Assembly: GCA_963715335.1 (NCBI GenBank)
Contig: CAVQRZ010000010.1
Location: forward strand, 1 to 43,591
Reading direction: 5' to 3'
DNA from: an uncultured delta proteobacterium
Lineage (GTDB): Bacteria > Desulfobacterota > Desulfuromonadia > Desulfuromonadales > BM103
DNA length: 43,591 bases
Positions 1-10,331 of this stretch are shown here, in pieces. Every line of letters begins with the position of its first letter. Positions within the stretch are counted from its first letter, which is position 1. The position numbers and the translations under genes were made by a program. Under the pieces are notes generated by a model, which worked only from the letters and a program-made list of their open reading frames with translations, was not told where the DNA came from and ran no database searches.

Positions 1-383
1 CTGCGCCTTACTCTTTTGCTGGCCCAAAAGAGTAAGCAGAAAAGGGCCTGCGCTGCGCTGGGCATGTCTGGCGCGTAACGATGGCAACCTCAATCCGGAG
101 GGTTCTGATCAATCAGGAGACCAGCTTTCCCCCGCGGGTGACGAGGCTCTTGAGAGCCTCTCCTTTTGTGGAGAATTGCTTCGTTAGATGTTTTTTTGGC
201 TTTTCCCTTGTAAATCACACAGAAAGGCCAGGCCCTTTGACACAGGGCCGGATCCCATCACAGTAGGTTCTTGAAGTCACAGAGATTCGGCAAAGGAGAT
301 GCCCTCCGCAAGGAGAAAGGCATTTTTGCATACTTTTGTTGCCGGACAAAAGTATGGTGTCTGGCGGGACGCGACCCGCCGGT
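1..383. mobile_element. MITE/REPIN-like non-coding element, family B copy 1 (left end runs off the window)
   Basis: 1-65 is the near reverse complement of 26797-26861; ~141-383 is the near reverse complement of 26928-27170 and 22922-23155; both ends carry related TACT(C)TTTT..AAAAG(A)GTA hairpin arms in inverted orientation. Confidence 0.7.
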
Positions 384-419
384 CCTGCTTTTGTCTTTAA
401 ATTCCAAAGTCCAATAAAA

Positions 420-448
420 AGGGCAACAGATGAACCACCTGTTGCCCT
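420..448. repeat. AGGGCAACAGATG..CTGTTGCCCT hairpin next to a family B arm
   Basis: Imperfect palindrome, also at 21009-21037 and 26301-26330, each ~25-35 bp outside a family B arm. Confidence 0.75.
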
Positions 449-531
449 CCATAAACATCTAAGCCGAACGTTGTCGGCAGCCTCCGCCTCGGCCAGGCCA
501 GAGGCGAGAGGCTGTCAAGTCCCTGCACAGG

Positions 532-810
532 TCAGACCGCGCCGGGGTCAGACTTGTGCCCGCAACAGCCACCGCCACCGGCAGCCTTGCTGCCGCAGCA
601 GCCACCGCCCGTTGGCCCATGCAGCAGCTCTTCGATGCTCTCGTCCATCGCCTGTTCTAGGTCGGCAATGATTGCGGCGAACTGGCTGGCCGCCAGCCCT
701 TGTCCGCAATGCGGGCAGCTTGAATAGGTTTGCTTGAACCAGGACAGCGCCGCGTAGATCGTCTCGCGGCAAGAGGGGCAGTCCAGGGCGATATTCGGTT
801 CGGCATGCAT
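532..810 (-). CDS. Small zinc-ribbon protein with Gly/Cys-rich C-terminus
   Basis: CPSC..CPHC pairs, two GGGCCG motifs, AAGGAG RBS before ATG. Confidence 0.7.
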   Translation of the reverse strand: MHAEPNIALDCPSCRETIYAALSWFKQTYSSCPHCGQGLAASQFAAIIADLEQAMDESIEELLHGPTGGGCCGSKAAGGGGCCGHKSDPGAV

Positions 811-833
811 GCTGTGACTCCTTAAGGCTTTGT

Positions 834-1178
834 TTAGCCCGGTCGCCGGGATTTGGTCAGCCCTTTGACCACGAGGTCGTAGGATTCATCGATCATCGAC
901 CGGAGTTCAGCATCGGCGATCGAACCATCGAGCACGACGGTGTTCCAGTGGCGCTTGTTCATATGGTAACCGGGGAGCACCGCCGGGTAATGTTGGCGCA
1001 GGAACTCGGCCTTGAGCGGCTCGCACTTGAGGTTGACGCGCAAAGGCTCTTCGGTGATATCGGTCAGGGCGAACATCTTGCCGCCGACCTTGATCACCAG
1101 GGTCACCGTGTCGAAGGGGAAATCCTCGCTGGCACCGGGTTTTTGCAGCAGGTAGCCGCGCAGGGCGTCAAAGTTCAT
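834..1178 (-). CDS. MmcQ/YjbR family DNA-binding protein
   Basis: EDFPF, KVGGKMFAL, NLKC, PGYHMNKRHWNTV, IDESYDLVV motifs; start set at MNFDAL after GGAG. Confidence 0.9.
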   Translation of the reverse strand: MNFDALRGYLLQKPGASEDFPFDTVTLVIKVGGKMFALTDITEEPLRVNLKCEPLKAEFLRQHYPAVLPGYHMNKRHWNTVVLDGSIADAELRSMIDESYDLVVKGLTKSRRPG

Positions 1179-1335
1179 TGGCAACGTCTCTCCACCTGGC
1201 CACTTTAACATGAAACCGCCGGGCTGTCTGCCAGGGCTATCTTGTGCCCCGACTTGCACCGGGAGTGCTGCCCGGACTATTATGACCATTGTTGTCTGAA
1301 TTAATACAAATCAACCGATCGCTTGAGAGGCATAC

Positions 1336-1842
1336 ATGTTGGAAGCACTTTTTTACCTGGGGTCAATCGTCATTGCCAACCTGCTGGTCATGAACTTTGG
1401 CATCATTGCCGTGGCAGGGCTGACTTTTCCCGCCGGGGCTGCGGTGGTGGGGTTCACCTTTACGGCCAGGGACCTGGTGCAGAGACGCTACGGCAAGTGG
1501 GGGTGCTGGGTCTGGATGCTGGCCGCCGCCGGGATCTCCGCGCTCTTCTCGCCGACTTTGGCCCTGGCCAGCCTCGGCGCCTTCGTGGTCGCCGAAGGGC
1601 TGGACTGGGCGGTGTTCACGGCCACGCCGCTCTCGTTTCGCGGCCGCGCCATCTTCAGCAATATCGTCGGTACGCCGCTCGATTCGGTGATCTTCGTCTA
1701 CCTGGCGTTCGGCCCGGTCTGGGATGCGATGTGGGGGCAGACGCTGGTCAAGCTGGCCAGCAGCCTGCTGATCGTCTTCCTGGTCAAGAACGTGCAGGCA
1801 ACCGATTTCAAATCGCCGGTGCTCAAAGAAGAGGTTGTGTGA
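1336..1842 (+). CDS. VUT family (YhhQ-like, queuosine precursor) transporter
   Basis: Hydrophobic; ANLL, FTARDLVQRRYG, SNIVGTPLDSVIFVYLAFG motifs; GAGG RBS. Confidence 0.8.
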   Translation: MLEALFYLGSIVIANLLVMNFGIIAVAGLTFPAGAAVVGFTFTARDLVQRRYGKWGCWVWMLAAAGISALFSPTLALASLGAFVVAEGLDWAVFTATPLSFRGRAIFSNIVGTPLDSVIFVYLAFGPVWDAMWGQTLVKLASSLLIVFLVKNVQATDFKSPVLKEEVV

Positions 1843-1859
1843 CCTGTCTGGGACGGTAA

Positions 1860-3203
1860 CTACTTGGACATCTGGTCCGGCAGGTACATGACGATATCCG
1901 GCCAGACCGCAATCATGGCCACGGCCAGAATCATCAGGAGGAAAAAAGGAACGGTGGCTTTAATGATCTCACTCACCGGTTCCTGGGAAATGCCCTGGAT
2001 GACAAACAGGCTGAAGCCCACCGGCGGGGTAATCTGCGACAGCTCCACCATAATCACCAGGTAAACGCCGAACCAGATCGGGTCAAACCCGGCCGCCAGG
2101 ACGATCGGCAGGACGATCGGCAAGGTCATGACAACGATCGAGATGCCGTCGAGGATCATCCCCAGGACCAGGTACATGACGCCGAGAACCATCAGCAGGA
2201 CATAAGGTGAAACCTGCATACTGACGATGTACTCGCTGAGGCCGCGGGCCACGCCGACAAAAGCGACCACCTGTGAGAGGAACGCGGCCCCGGCAATGAT
2301 GAAGCAGATCATGCAGGTGGTGCGCACGGCGTTGAGCAAAGCCTCGCGAAAGTTCTCCCACGACAGATTGCGATACCCGGCGGCCAGCACCAGGGCGCCA
2401 ATCACACCGATGGCTGCGGCCTCGGTCGGCGTGGTCACGCCGAGGTAGATCCCGCCAAGCACCGCCACCACCAACAGCACCACCGGCACCAGTTCCTTGA
2501 GAGCCGCCAGTTTCTGCGGCAGGGTATAGGTCTCGTCACTGTCGGGAACGATCCCCGGCTCAATTTTGGCGCGGACGATGATGTATGTCGAGTACAGCGT
2601 GGCCAGGAGCAAGCCCGGGAGGATGCCGCTGGCAAAGAGCTTGCCGATCGACGTGTCAGAGAGCACCCCGTAGATGATCATGATCAAGCTGGGCGGGATC
2701 AGGAAACCGAGGGTCCCGGCCCCGGCCAGCGAGCCGATCGCAAGACTGCGGTTGTAGCCGCGCCGGGATAGTTCGTCCAGGGTGATCTTGCCTACTGTCG
2801 CCGTGGTCGCCGCACTGGAGCCTGACACTGCAGCAAACAGCGAACAGGCGACGATATTGACATGCAGCAGTCGGCCGGGAATGCGCGAGAGCCAGGGGAC
2901 CAGGCCGTTCAGCAGGCGGGTGGAGATTGAGGTGCGGAAGAGGATCTCGCCCATCAGGATGAATAACGGCAAGGCGGTGATGGACCAGGAGTTCAGGCTG
3001 TTCCAGACCGAGGTTGCCATCAGCCCGCCGATTTTGTCCCAGATTGAAATCGCTGCCGGCAGGTTGGTCTGGTAGAGGAGCATCCCGGCCACGCCGACGC
3101 TGAACAGGGTAAAACCGATCCACACCCCTGCGAGCAGCAGCAAGAGCAGAACGGCAAAGAGCAGCAGCGTGATGGTCAGGGGGTCGGTGAACAAGCGCGG
3201 CAT
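1860..3203 (-). CDS. dctM: TRAP transporter large permease
   Basis: ALPLFILMGEIL, FAAVSGSS, GTLGFLIPPS, TPTEAAA, QITPPVG motifs. Confidence 0.93.
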   Translation of the reverse strand: MPRLFTDPLTITLLLFAVLLLLLLAGVWIGFTLFSVGVAGMLLYQTNLPAAISIWDKIGGLMATSVWNSLNSWSITALPLFILMGEILFRTSISTRLLNGLVPWLSRIPGRLLHVNIVACSLFAAVSGSSAATTATVGKITLDELSRRGYNRSLAIGSLAGAGTLGFLIPPSLIMIIYGVLSDTSIGKLFASGILPGLLLATLYSTYIIVRAKIEPGIVPDSDETYTLPQKLAALKELVPVVLLVVAVLGGIYLGVTTPTEAAAIGVIGALVLAAGYRNLSWENFREALLNAVRTTCMICFIIAGAAFLSQVVAFVGVARGLSEYIVSMQVSPYVLLMVLGVMYLVLGMILDGISIVVMTLPIVLPIVLAAGFDPIWFGVYLVIMVELSQITPPVGFSLFVIQGISQEPVSEIIKATVPFFLLMILAVAMIAVWPDIVMYLPDQMSK

Positions 3204-3673
3204 CTCCTCAGCAAAAGGCCGAACAGCTGAAGAATCAGCCCGGCCAGACCGAGCGGCACCACCAGTTGCGGCAGGTAGATCAGCGTTTCGGATATGGAAT
3301 CGGCCCGCATGTCATAGCTGTAGGAGTCATAAACCATCAGTACGGCGTGGTAGCAGATGAAAAGGGTGAGGACAATGGCAAAGCAGCTCGCCAAGAGGTC
3401 CATGCCGCGTTGCACGCGCGGGCCGAACTTTACCAGCAGGATCGTAATGCGGATGTGTGAATTTGTTTCCAGGGTATAGCCCAGGCCGGCCATGACGGTC
3501 GTGACCATCAGGTAGCCGCTGAATTCATCGGACACCATGGTGGAAATACCGAACAGCGACCGGCAGATGATCTCAACGACGATCAGGGCCACGATGACGA
3601 TCATGGATAAAGCGGATAGATACGCGCCCAGCTTCGAGCACGTATCTATCCCTTTCAACAAGGTTGCGATCAT
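3176..3673 (-). CDS. dctQ: TRAP transporter small permease
   Basis: Four TM segments, SDEFSGY and HIRI motifs, located between dctP and dctM. Confidence 0.88.
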   Translation of the reverse strand: MIATLLKGIDTCSKLGAYLSALSMIVIVALIVVEIICRSLFGISTMVSDEFSGYLMVTTVMAGLGYTLETNSHIRITILLVKFGPRVQRGMDLLASCFAIVLTLFICYHAVLMVYDSYSYDMRADSISETLIYLPQLVVPLGLAGLILQLFGLLLRRCRACSPTP

Positions 3674-4656
3674 TTAGCGTACTTGGAAAGGACCGCCTGA
3701 ACCTCGGCGGAAGCGCCCTTGCTGAACTCATCAACCAGGGCCTTGGCCGCGGCATCGAGGTCCTTGGTGAGTGCCGGCGCTTCATCGGAAATGATCATGC
3801 CATTGGCCTTGATGGTGGCGAGTGACTCAACCGTCCGCTGTTCGGCCTTCTGCCACTGGGCTTGCTCGGTCTCCGCGGCGGCCTTCAGCACCGCAGCCTG
3901 TTGCGCTGCACTCAGGGCGTTCCAGTAGTCGAGGTTGATGGTCACCATGTTCAGCGGGTAGGCGTAATTGATGTTCTTGAAGTACTTGAGAACTTCCCAG
4001 AACTTGCCGTTGGAGGCAGACTCGCCCGAGGTCAGGACCGAATCGATGATGCCGGTGGTCAACGACGAATAGACTTCGCCCCAGGGCAGCGAGACCGGCG
4101 AACCGCCAAGCGATTGCAGGAATTGTGCACCGTTCTTGTCGTAGGTGCGGGTTTTCAGGTTGGCCAGGTCAGCCTTGCCGTTCACCTCGGTTTTCGTGAC
4201 CAGACCGCTCGGCGGCCAGGGCGCGGCGTAGAGCATCTTCTGCTTCCACTTGGCCGCAGCTTTTTCATACAGGGGCTTGCTGTCTGCGTAAAGGCTCCTG
4301 GCGGCGTCAAAGGAGTTCACCAGGCGCGGCAACGAACTGATGCCGAAGACGTCCTCGCTGCCGGCAACGACGCCCATCAGGATGTCAGACATGGGAACCT
4401 GGCCGTCCTTGACGACCTTGAGCAGTTCAGGGCCTTTGAAGCCGAGGCTGCCGCCGGGGTGAACGGTGATCGCGACGCTGCCGCCGGAGTACTCGCCGGC
4501 CAGCCTGGCGAACTCGGTGGCGCCCTCGGTATGAAAACTGGTTGCGCCGTACACAGCGTTAAGGTCAAGTTTGACAGCCTGGTCCGCGGCGAAACAGACC
4601 GGGGCTACGGCCAGTGACGCGGCCAGCATCATCAGTAAGCTCTTCCTGAAACTCAT
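3670..4656 (-). CDS. dctP: TRAP transporter substrate-binding protein
   Basis: Signal peptide, HPGGSLG, LKTRTY, LPWGEVYSSLTTGIIDSV; AAGGAG RBS; overlaps dctQ start. Confidence 0.9.
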   Translation of the reverse strand: MSFRKSLLMMLAASLAVAPVCFAADQAVKLDLNAVYGATSFHTEGATEFARLAGEYSGGSVAITVHPGGSLGFKGPELLKVVKDGQVPMSDILMGVVAGSEDVFGISSLPRLVNSFDAARSLYADSKPLYEKAAAKWKQKMLYAAPWPPSGLVTKTEVNGKADLANLKTRTYDKNGAQFLQSLGGSPVSLPWGEVYSSLTTGIIDSVLTSGESASNGKFWEVLKYFKNINYAYPLNMVTINLDYWNALSAAQQAAVLKAAAETEQAQWQKAEQRTVESLATIKANGMIISDEAPALTKDLDAAAKALVDEFSKGASAEVQAVLSKYAK

Positions 4657-4863
4657 AATCGTTCTCCTTGTAAACTGTGGTTGAAAGGGAGACTCCCGGC
4701 AGTCGGCAGCCTCGAACAGTGCATCAGGTTTGAGCCGAAGAGCCCTGTGGCCAAAGCGCCGGGGCCCGACTCAATTCTGTTAATAATACCGGATTAATGC
4801 AAAAATTCATCTTTCGCAAGAATATCTGCTGTGGTTTTGTTGTCCCGGCCGGCCGGATCAAGC

Positions 4864-5754
4864 TCAGCCGGGCGGGTCCTGGTAGCGGCGGCACAGGGCT
4901 TCGAGTTGGGCACGCTTCTGCAGGGCCGCGGCAACCGCCTCAACCAGGTGCACCTTGCGGAAGCGTAGACTCTGACCCGGCGCAAATTGCGCCAGAAGAT
5001 CGACGTCGGCGCTGATCACATTGTAGATCCGCGGGTAGCCGCCCACGGTCTGACGGTGTTTCAGCAGGATAATCGGCCCTTTCGGAGTCAGTTGCACGGT
5101 TCCATCGGCCACCGCATCCGAGATCAGGCTGCCCGTCTCGGCCTGCAACTCCGCGCCGCCTTCAAGCCGGAGGCCCATATCGCTCGCCTCGCGGCTCACC
5201 AGCCAGGGTTGCCGGGTAAAAGCCTCCGGCTGGCGCAACCAGGAATACTCCGGGCCTTCGACCAGGCGAATCTTGCCGAGCGGGTCGAACCAGCTGAACG
5301 CCTCGGCAAAGGCGCCGCGGCGGCGTTGCAGAAACCTGTCATCAGGTGAGGAGGTAAGACAGGCGCGGGCACAGAGATACCCCCGCAGGCCTCTGGTTCT
5401 CCTGCCGAAGAGCAGGCTCGAACCGGCCGGGGCGAAAGTCACGCAAGCGTGACCCACCACGACGTCGGGTTGGTTTGCGCCGCGGAGAGTGGCCTGCATG
5501 TGGGCTCCGGTCAGAATAAAATAGGCCGGGCGTTGGAAGTTGACCACCGGCGGGAGCAGGAATTCCAGAGCCTCGTCGTCAGCAGGGCTGCCCAGCAGGA
5601 GGTTGCCGCTCTGCAGGGCAAAACGGTCCATTGGCCCGCCGGGTGAGATCCCGACATCCTGGCGGCCGAAGCAAGGGGCGCTGCGCAGCCAATACATCCC
5701 CTTGCCTTGAAAGCTCATCAAGCGATTCAAACCGGAGGCAGGTTTCTTGGTCAC
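4864..5754 (-). CDS. pxpC: 5-oxoprolinase subunit C (carboxyltransferase family)
   Basis: GISPGGPMD, GLRGYL, SDMGLRLEG, GTVQL, QTVGGYPRI; GTGA overlap with pxpA stop. Confidence 0.85.
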   Translation of the reverse strand: MTKKPASGLNRLMSFQGKGMYWLRSAPCFGRQDVGISPGGPMDRFALQSGNLLLGSPADDEALEFLLPPVVNFQRPAYFILTGAHMQATLRGANQPDVVVGHACVTFAPAGSSLLFGRRTRGLRGYLCARACLTSSPDDRFLQRRRGAFAEAFSWFDPLGKIRLVEGPEYSWLRQPEAFTRQPWLVSREASDMGLRLEGGAELQAETGSLISDAVADGTVQLTPKGPIILLKHRQTVGGYPRIYNVISADVDLLAQFAPGQSLRFRKVHLVEAVAAALQKRAQLEALCRRYQDPPG

Positions 5755-6497
5755 GGCATGCCCGCCTGATGCTGTTGGAGGAGGGCTGCCAGGCCGGTGG
5801 CCAGGGGCAGGGCGATCTCGGAATCGGAATGAATGCAGAGGGTTTTTGCCGACATCGGCTGCGCGCTGATGGACAGGGTCCCATCCTCATGTTCGATGAC
5901 GGCATCGATGCGCTGCTCGACAATAATTTTGCGGCTGTGCTCCAAAGCCTCGGCCAGATCGTGAATCGAGGCGTAGTGCTTGTTGCGGCTGACCAGGACC
6001 AGTTGCCCCCGTTCCGCGAGCCAGCTGTAGCGCCGCTCGGCGAAAGCCTCGGCGCAAACCGCGAGGCCCAGCTCATGGCAGGCGCCAGCAAGCTCTGAAT
6101 CAAAAGGGGTGACAACTTCCCTGATATGGCTGCTGTGCAGCCAGACCGCGATCTCCCGGGCCAACAGGCCGTTGACGTTGCAATCGTTGTAGAGGGCGCC
6201 GTGCAGCTTGACCCTGCTCTGCTCGACGCTGAGAGCCAGCTGCCGGTCCAAAGCGGTCAGCAGCTCCTTGATCGCAATGTCCATCGAGACGCGACCGAAG
6301 TTGGGCCGATCCGGGTAGCCCAGATGGGCAGCGATGCGGAGCCCCTTTGCTTTGGCTATGGTGGAAAAAACCGCAATACTCTCTGCGTCGCCGGCATGGC
6401 CGCCACAGGCAATATTGGCCATGCCGATGTGGTTCATGAGCTCCAGGTCGATGGGGTGTTGAGCCCCCCGTTCGCCGATATCGCAATTGATGATCAT
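5751..6497 (-). CDS. pxpA: 5-oxoprolinase subunit A (LamB/YcsF family)
   Basis: NCDIGE, ANIACGGHAGD, YPDRPNFGR, KLHGALYN, EAFAERRY, TLCIHSD; ATGA overlap with pxpB stop. Confidence 0.9.
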   Translation of the reverse strand: MIINCDIGERGAQHPIDLELMNHIGMANIACGGHAGDAESIAVFSTIAKAKGLRIAAHLGYPDRPNFGRVSMDIAIKELLTALDRQLALSVEQSRVKLHGALYNDCNVNGLLAREIAVWLHSSHIREVVTPFDSELAGACHELGLAVCAEAFAERRYSWLAERGQLVLVSRNKHYASIHDLAEALEHSRKIIVEQRIDAVIEHEDGTLSISAQPMSAKTLCIHSDSEIALPLATGLAALLQQHQAGMP

Positions 6498-7132
6498 GGC
6501 TCCTCGCACTGCACAAACATAATCGTGTCGCCGGGGAGGATCACCCGCAGCCGCTCCGGCGACATCCGGCCAATCAGGTTCCAGCCCCCGGGGGACTCTT
6601 CCGGGTAAATCCCGGTCTGGGCCCCGCCGATCGCCACGGATCCTGCCGGGACGCGGGTCCGGGGCGATTCCAGGCGGGGCGTTTCGAGGCGGGGGTCGAG
6701 ACCGATCAGGTAGGGGAAATACGGTTTGAAGCCGATCATGGCAACCGGGTAGGGGACCCCGGCGTGCAACCGGATGACCTCCTCCGGCTGCAAGCCGTTG
6801 AGCTCGGCCACGCGCGCCAAGTCTTCACCATCGTAGACAACCGGGATTTCGACGGTTTTAGCCGCCTGGCGCGGACGGTCTTCGGCAAGCGCGCCCCCCC
6901 GGGTCAGGCTCTCTGCCAGGCTCTTCGCCACTGCCGCGGGATCCTGTCCGGGTTCAAAGTGAACGGCCAGCGATCGATAGGTCGGCACAAGGTCATGAAT
7001 GTTTAGTTCACGCAGCAGTGTGCTGCCCTTGAGTCGATGATAGGCCCTCAGCACCTTGCGGCTGTTGCTGAGTGAGATCTCATCGCCAAACAGCAGGCTC
7101 ACGCAGGCATCGCCGATCAACTGCATATCCAT
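6494..7132 (-). CDS. pxpB: 5-oxoprolinase subunit B
   Basis: DLVPTYRSL, IPVVYDGEDL, IGFKPYFPYL, VPAGSVAIGGAQTGIYPEESPGGWNLIG; start taken at MDMQ. Confidence 0.9.
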   Translation of the reverse strand: MDMQLIGDACVSLLFGDEISLSNSRKVLRAYHRLKGSTLLRELNIHDLVPTYRSLAVHFEPGQDPAAVAKSLAESLTRGGALAEDRPRQAAKTVEIPVVYDGEDLARVAELNGLQPEEVIRLHAGVPYPVAMIGFKPYFPYLIGLDPRLETPRLESPRTRVPAGSVAIGGAQTGIYPEESPGGWNLIGRMSPERLRVILPGDTIMFVQCEEP

Positions 7133-7373
7133 ATAAAAACTGTTCCCCTTGCCAGGGCTCGGGAGCCTGCTGGACGATAATGCCAAGACGCAAAGCGCCT
7201 GTTCGCCTTTGATTTTAACCCGTTTGTCGGGTCATGGCCAGAGCTAGGACTGAAAAGGCGCGGCAAGGCAGGGAGGGGCCCTCAAAATTCCAGCCGACCG
7301 GCGCTCTCCACCGCCTTCCGCAACAGCTCATCGAGCCCATCTGGCCAAGCGCATCGCCGGTTGAGGATGCGCA

Positions 7374-8090
7374 TTATCTGTTCAGGGGCTCGCCGAGCAA
7401 GCGGGCAAAATCATCGGGGAGCCCGGTCTCAAAGTGCAGCGCCCGGCCGTTGCACGGGTGGCTGAAGGTGATCGAGCTGGCGTGCAGGGCCAGGCGCCTG
7501 GCGAGCGGTTTGTCCCGGCCGTATTTTTTGTCACCGACCACCGGGTGCCCCCGCTCGGCGAAGTGCACACGGATCTGGTGCTTGCGGCCGGTGACGAGAT
7601 GGATATCCACCAGGCTCAGCCCTTTGGCCGCCCGCAGCACCGTGTAGTCGGTATGGGAGAGCTTGCCCTTGGCCGGATCAGGCGTCGAGTAGACATTGTG
7701 CGCGGCGTTTTCGGCCAGATGCGAGGTGATCCGCCCTGCCTTCGGCAGCAGTTGGCCATGCACGACCGCCAGGTAGTGCTTTTCCGTCTCTGCCCAGTGC
7801 TCCTGGAGGAACTTTTTGACCGGCTCGCTCTTGGCAAAGATCAGCAGTCCGGAGGTATCCTGGTCGAGACGATGGACCACATACACCCGGTTGCGTGATT
7901 TCGGATTGCCCTTGCGGACATAATCGTTGAGCAGGTAATGGGCGGTCCGCGATTTGTTGGTATCGGTGCCGACGGTCAGCAACCCGGCAGGCTTCTCGAC
8001 CACCAGCAGGTCTTTGTCCTCATAATGGATGGCGAGCCCGCCCGGTTGACGCTTCGAGGCAAGGCGGTTGTTTTGACGCTGCGGGTCCAA
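7374..8090 (-). CDS. RluA family RNA pseudouridine synthase
   Basis: KPAGL, VHRLDQDTSG (catalytic Asp), TGRKHQIRVH, GHPVVGDKKYG, LHA. Confidence 0.93.
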   Translation of the reverse strand: MDPQRQNNRLASKRQPGGLAIHYEDKDLLVVEKPAGLLTVGTDTNKSRTAHYLLNDYVRKGNPKSRNRVYVVHRLDQDTSGLLIFAKSEPVKKFLQEHWAETEKHYLAVVHGQLLPKAGRITSHLAENAAHNVYSTPDPAKGKLSHTDYTVLRAAKGLSLVDIHLVTGRKHQIRVHFAERGHPVVGDKKYGRDKPLARRLALHASSITFSHPCNGRALHFETGLPDDFARLLGEPLNR

Positions 8091-8133
8091 TCGGTTGCTT
8101 TCCGCGCTTTACACCGGCCAGCGCTGGTAGTTT

Positions 8134-8157
8134 AGGGACACTTTCGTGCAAGGCCCT
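8134..8157. repeat. Degenerate GGGACAC..GTGTCCCC boundary repeat (family A)
   Basis: AGGGACACTTTCGTGCAAGGCCCT between rluA and the helicase stop. Confidence 0.4.
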
Positions 8158-8179
8158 GATCTGAGTGTCGACGCCATCA

Positions 8180-9550
8180 TCAACGGGGTTTGGTCCTGCT
8201 CAGCCGGCGACCGAGCTTTGGTGCCGCTGCGGCTTTGCCGCTGCGGCCGGTCGTCGTCTTACCGGCAGCCTTGCCTTGCTTCGGGCCCTGGGCCTGCGCC
8301 GGGCGCTTGGCTTTCGGTTTAGCCCTGGCCGCCGCTGGCCTGGCAGGTTTCTGCTTTGGCCTGGCCGAGGTCTTTGCTTGCCTGCCCGGCTTCGGCTTGG
8401 CGCCGCGCTTGACGGCAAGCACCGGGAATTCGGCGATCGCCTGTTGCGGGATGGCATACTCGAGCAACGCTTCTATCGCCAGCAGGCGCGGCTGCTCTGC
8501 CGGACAGACCAGGGAGATCGCCACGCCGTCCTCGCCTGCCCGACCGGTCCGGCCGATCCTGTGCACATAATCTTCGGCGACCTGGGGCAGGTCGTAATTG
8601 ACGACGTGCGGCAGGCGTTCGATATCCAGCCCGCGCGCGGCCACGTCGGTCGCGACCAGCACCCGGAACTCCCCCTGCTTGAACGCCGCCAGGGTCCGCG
8701 TTCGCAGCGACTGGCTCTTGTTGCTGTGCAGCGCAGCGGCCGGGATGCCGTCAAAAAGCAACTCATCGGTCAATTTGTCCGCACCGTAGCGGGTCCGGGC
8801 GAAGACCAGCACCTGCTGCCAGTCCCCCTTGCGGATCAGGTGCGAGAGCATTTCGCGCTTGCGGCTGCGCTCCACCGGGTAGACCACCTGGGTCACGGCA
8901 TCGGCGGCGATGTTGCGGCGCGCCACTTCGATACGCCGCGGCTGGTCGAGCAGTTCGTCGGCAAGCTGCTTGATGCTCTTCGAGTAGGTTGCCGAAAACA
9001 GCAGGTTCTGCCGCTGCGACGGCAGGTACTCGGCGACCTGGAGGATGTCGTCGATAAAGCCCAGGTCGAGCATGCGGTCGGCCTCGTCAAGGACTAAGAA
9101 CTCGATCTCGGCAAGGCTAATCGTCCGCCGCTCGACGTGATCGAGGAGTCGCCCCGGCGTCGCCACCACGATATCAACGCCGCGATGCAGTCGCTCGATC
9201 TGGGCCCGGATATTCACCCCGCCGTAAATCATCGTCGAGCGCAGCGACAGGCGCCGGCCGTAATTCTGCATCTGGCCGCTGACCTGGGCCGCCAGTTCGC
9301 GGGTCGGTACCAGGACCAGGGCCCGCGGGTTTCTGCGTTTCTTCTTCGGGTTATGTTCGCTCAGCATCTGCACGATCGGCAGGGCAAACGCGGCGGTCTT
9401 GCCGGTGCCGGTTTGGGCGCCGGCCAGCAAGTCGCACCCCTCGAGCACGGCCGGGATCGCCTGGCGCTGGATCGGGGTCGGGATGGTATAGCCCTGGGCG
9501 GCAATCGCGCTCAACAGTTCGGCCCGCAGGCCAAGAGATTCAAATGACAT
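8180..9550 (-). CDS. rhlE: DEAD-box RNA helicase, RhlE-like
   Basis: Q motif, [36 protein letters not shown]; basic C-terminal tail. Confidence 0.9.
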   Translation of the reverse strand: MSFESLGLRAELLSAIAAQGYTIPTPIQRQAIPAVLEGCDLLAGAQTGTGKTAAFALPIVQMLSEHNPKKKRRNPRALVLVPTRELAAQVSGQMQNYGRRLSLRSTMIYGGVNIRAQIERLHRGVDIVVATPGRLLDHVERRTISLAEIEFLVLDEADRMLDLGFIDDILQVAEYLPSQRQNLLFSATYSKSIKQLADELLDQPRRIEVARRNIAADAVTQVVYPVERSRKREMLSHLIRKGDWQQVLVFARTRYGADKLTDELLFDGIPAAALHSNKSQSLRTRTLAAFKQGEFRVLVATDVAARGLDIERLPHVVNYDLPQVAEDYVHRIGRTGRAGEDGVAISLVCPAEQPRLLAIEALLEYAIPQQAIAEFPVLAVKRGAKPKPGRQAKTSARPKQKPARPAAARAKPKAKRPAQAQGPKQGKAAGKTTTGRSGKAAAAPKLGRRLSRTKPR

Positions 9551-9669
9551 CGATGCAGATCCTTATCCGTTAAAGTTCAAGCATACCTGATCTGCCACGC
9601 TGATGTGCCGATGTCCAGAAAATTCGCGATTCCTTGCATCGAGCCGCAGCCCTGTGAGAAGCTTTGTCC

Positions 9670-10152
9670 ATGCACAAGCAAGCCCTCCTGGAGAAAATCG
9701 TCACCACCCTGACCGCCGATCTCGCTGTCCTGACCGAGGCCGCCAGGGCGGCCCATGCCGCGGCGACCCACGCAGAGTGCCTGCCCGACAACAAGTATGA
9801 CACCACCGGGCTGGAAGCCTCCTACATCGCCCAGGGCCAGGCCAATCGCGCCCAGGAAATCCGCCAGGCGCTGGAGCATTACCGGAACCTGGCGCTGCGC
9901 GCTTTCGACCACACAACGCCGATCCGCCTGACCGCTGTGGTGACCATTGAGGCCGACGACGGCAGTTGCCGCCAGCTGTTTCTCGGGCCCGACGCCGGTG
10001 GGCTGAAGTTGACGGTTGCTGACGCTGAGATCGTCGTCATCACCCCGGGGTCGCCCCTGGGGCGCGCGCTGCTGGGCAAGGTCTGCGGCGATCAGATTCA
10101 TATCGGCAGCGGCAGGGACCGCAAGACATTTACCGTTGTTGATGCGGCCTGA
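9670..10152 (+). CDS. GreA/GreB family elongation-factor-like protein
   Basis: NKYDTTGLEASYIAQGQ and VITPGSPLGRALLGKVCGD motifs. Confidence 0.85.
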   Translation: MHKQALLEKIVTTLTADLAVLTEAARAAHAAATHAECLPDNKYDTTGLEASYIAQGQANRAQEIRQALEHYRNLALRAFDHTTPIRLTAVVTIEADDGSCRQLFLGPDAGGLKLTVADAEIVVITPGSPLGRALLGKVCGDQIHIGSGRDRKTFTVVDAA

Positions 10153-10172
10153 GATCTGGGCCCGATTAAACC

Positions 10173-10201
10173 AGACACTCTCTTTTGATAGCCCCGGCTC
10201 C
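10173..10201. repeat. Degenerate family A repeat
   Basis: AGACACTCTCTTTTGATAGCCCCGGCTCC retains the CGGCTCC tail. Confidence 0.6.
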
Positions 10202-10331
10202 CCAATCAGGACGAAGAGGGGCTCTCTAGAATTTTGATGAGCTATAAATCCTTAGGCCTTGTGAGAATGTCTTGCGAGGGGATATACAGTAATCGTTTCT
10301 CGGCACTTTACAACATTACTGTCAATCGTGA

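Noticed and set aside
81..671. Short ORFs inside family B elements (also 20895-21230, 22819-23121, 26212-26698)
   Set aside because: They are translations of repeat DNA, with frames not conserved between copies
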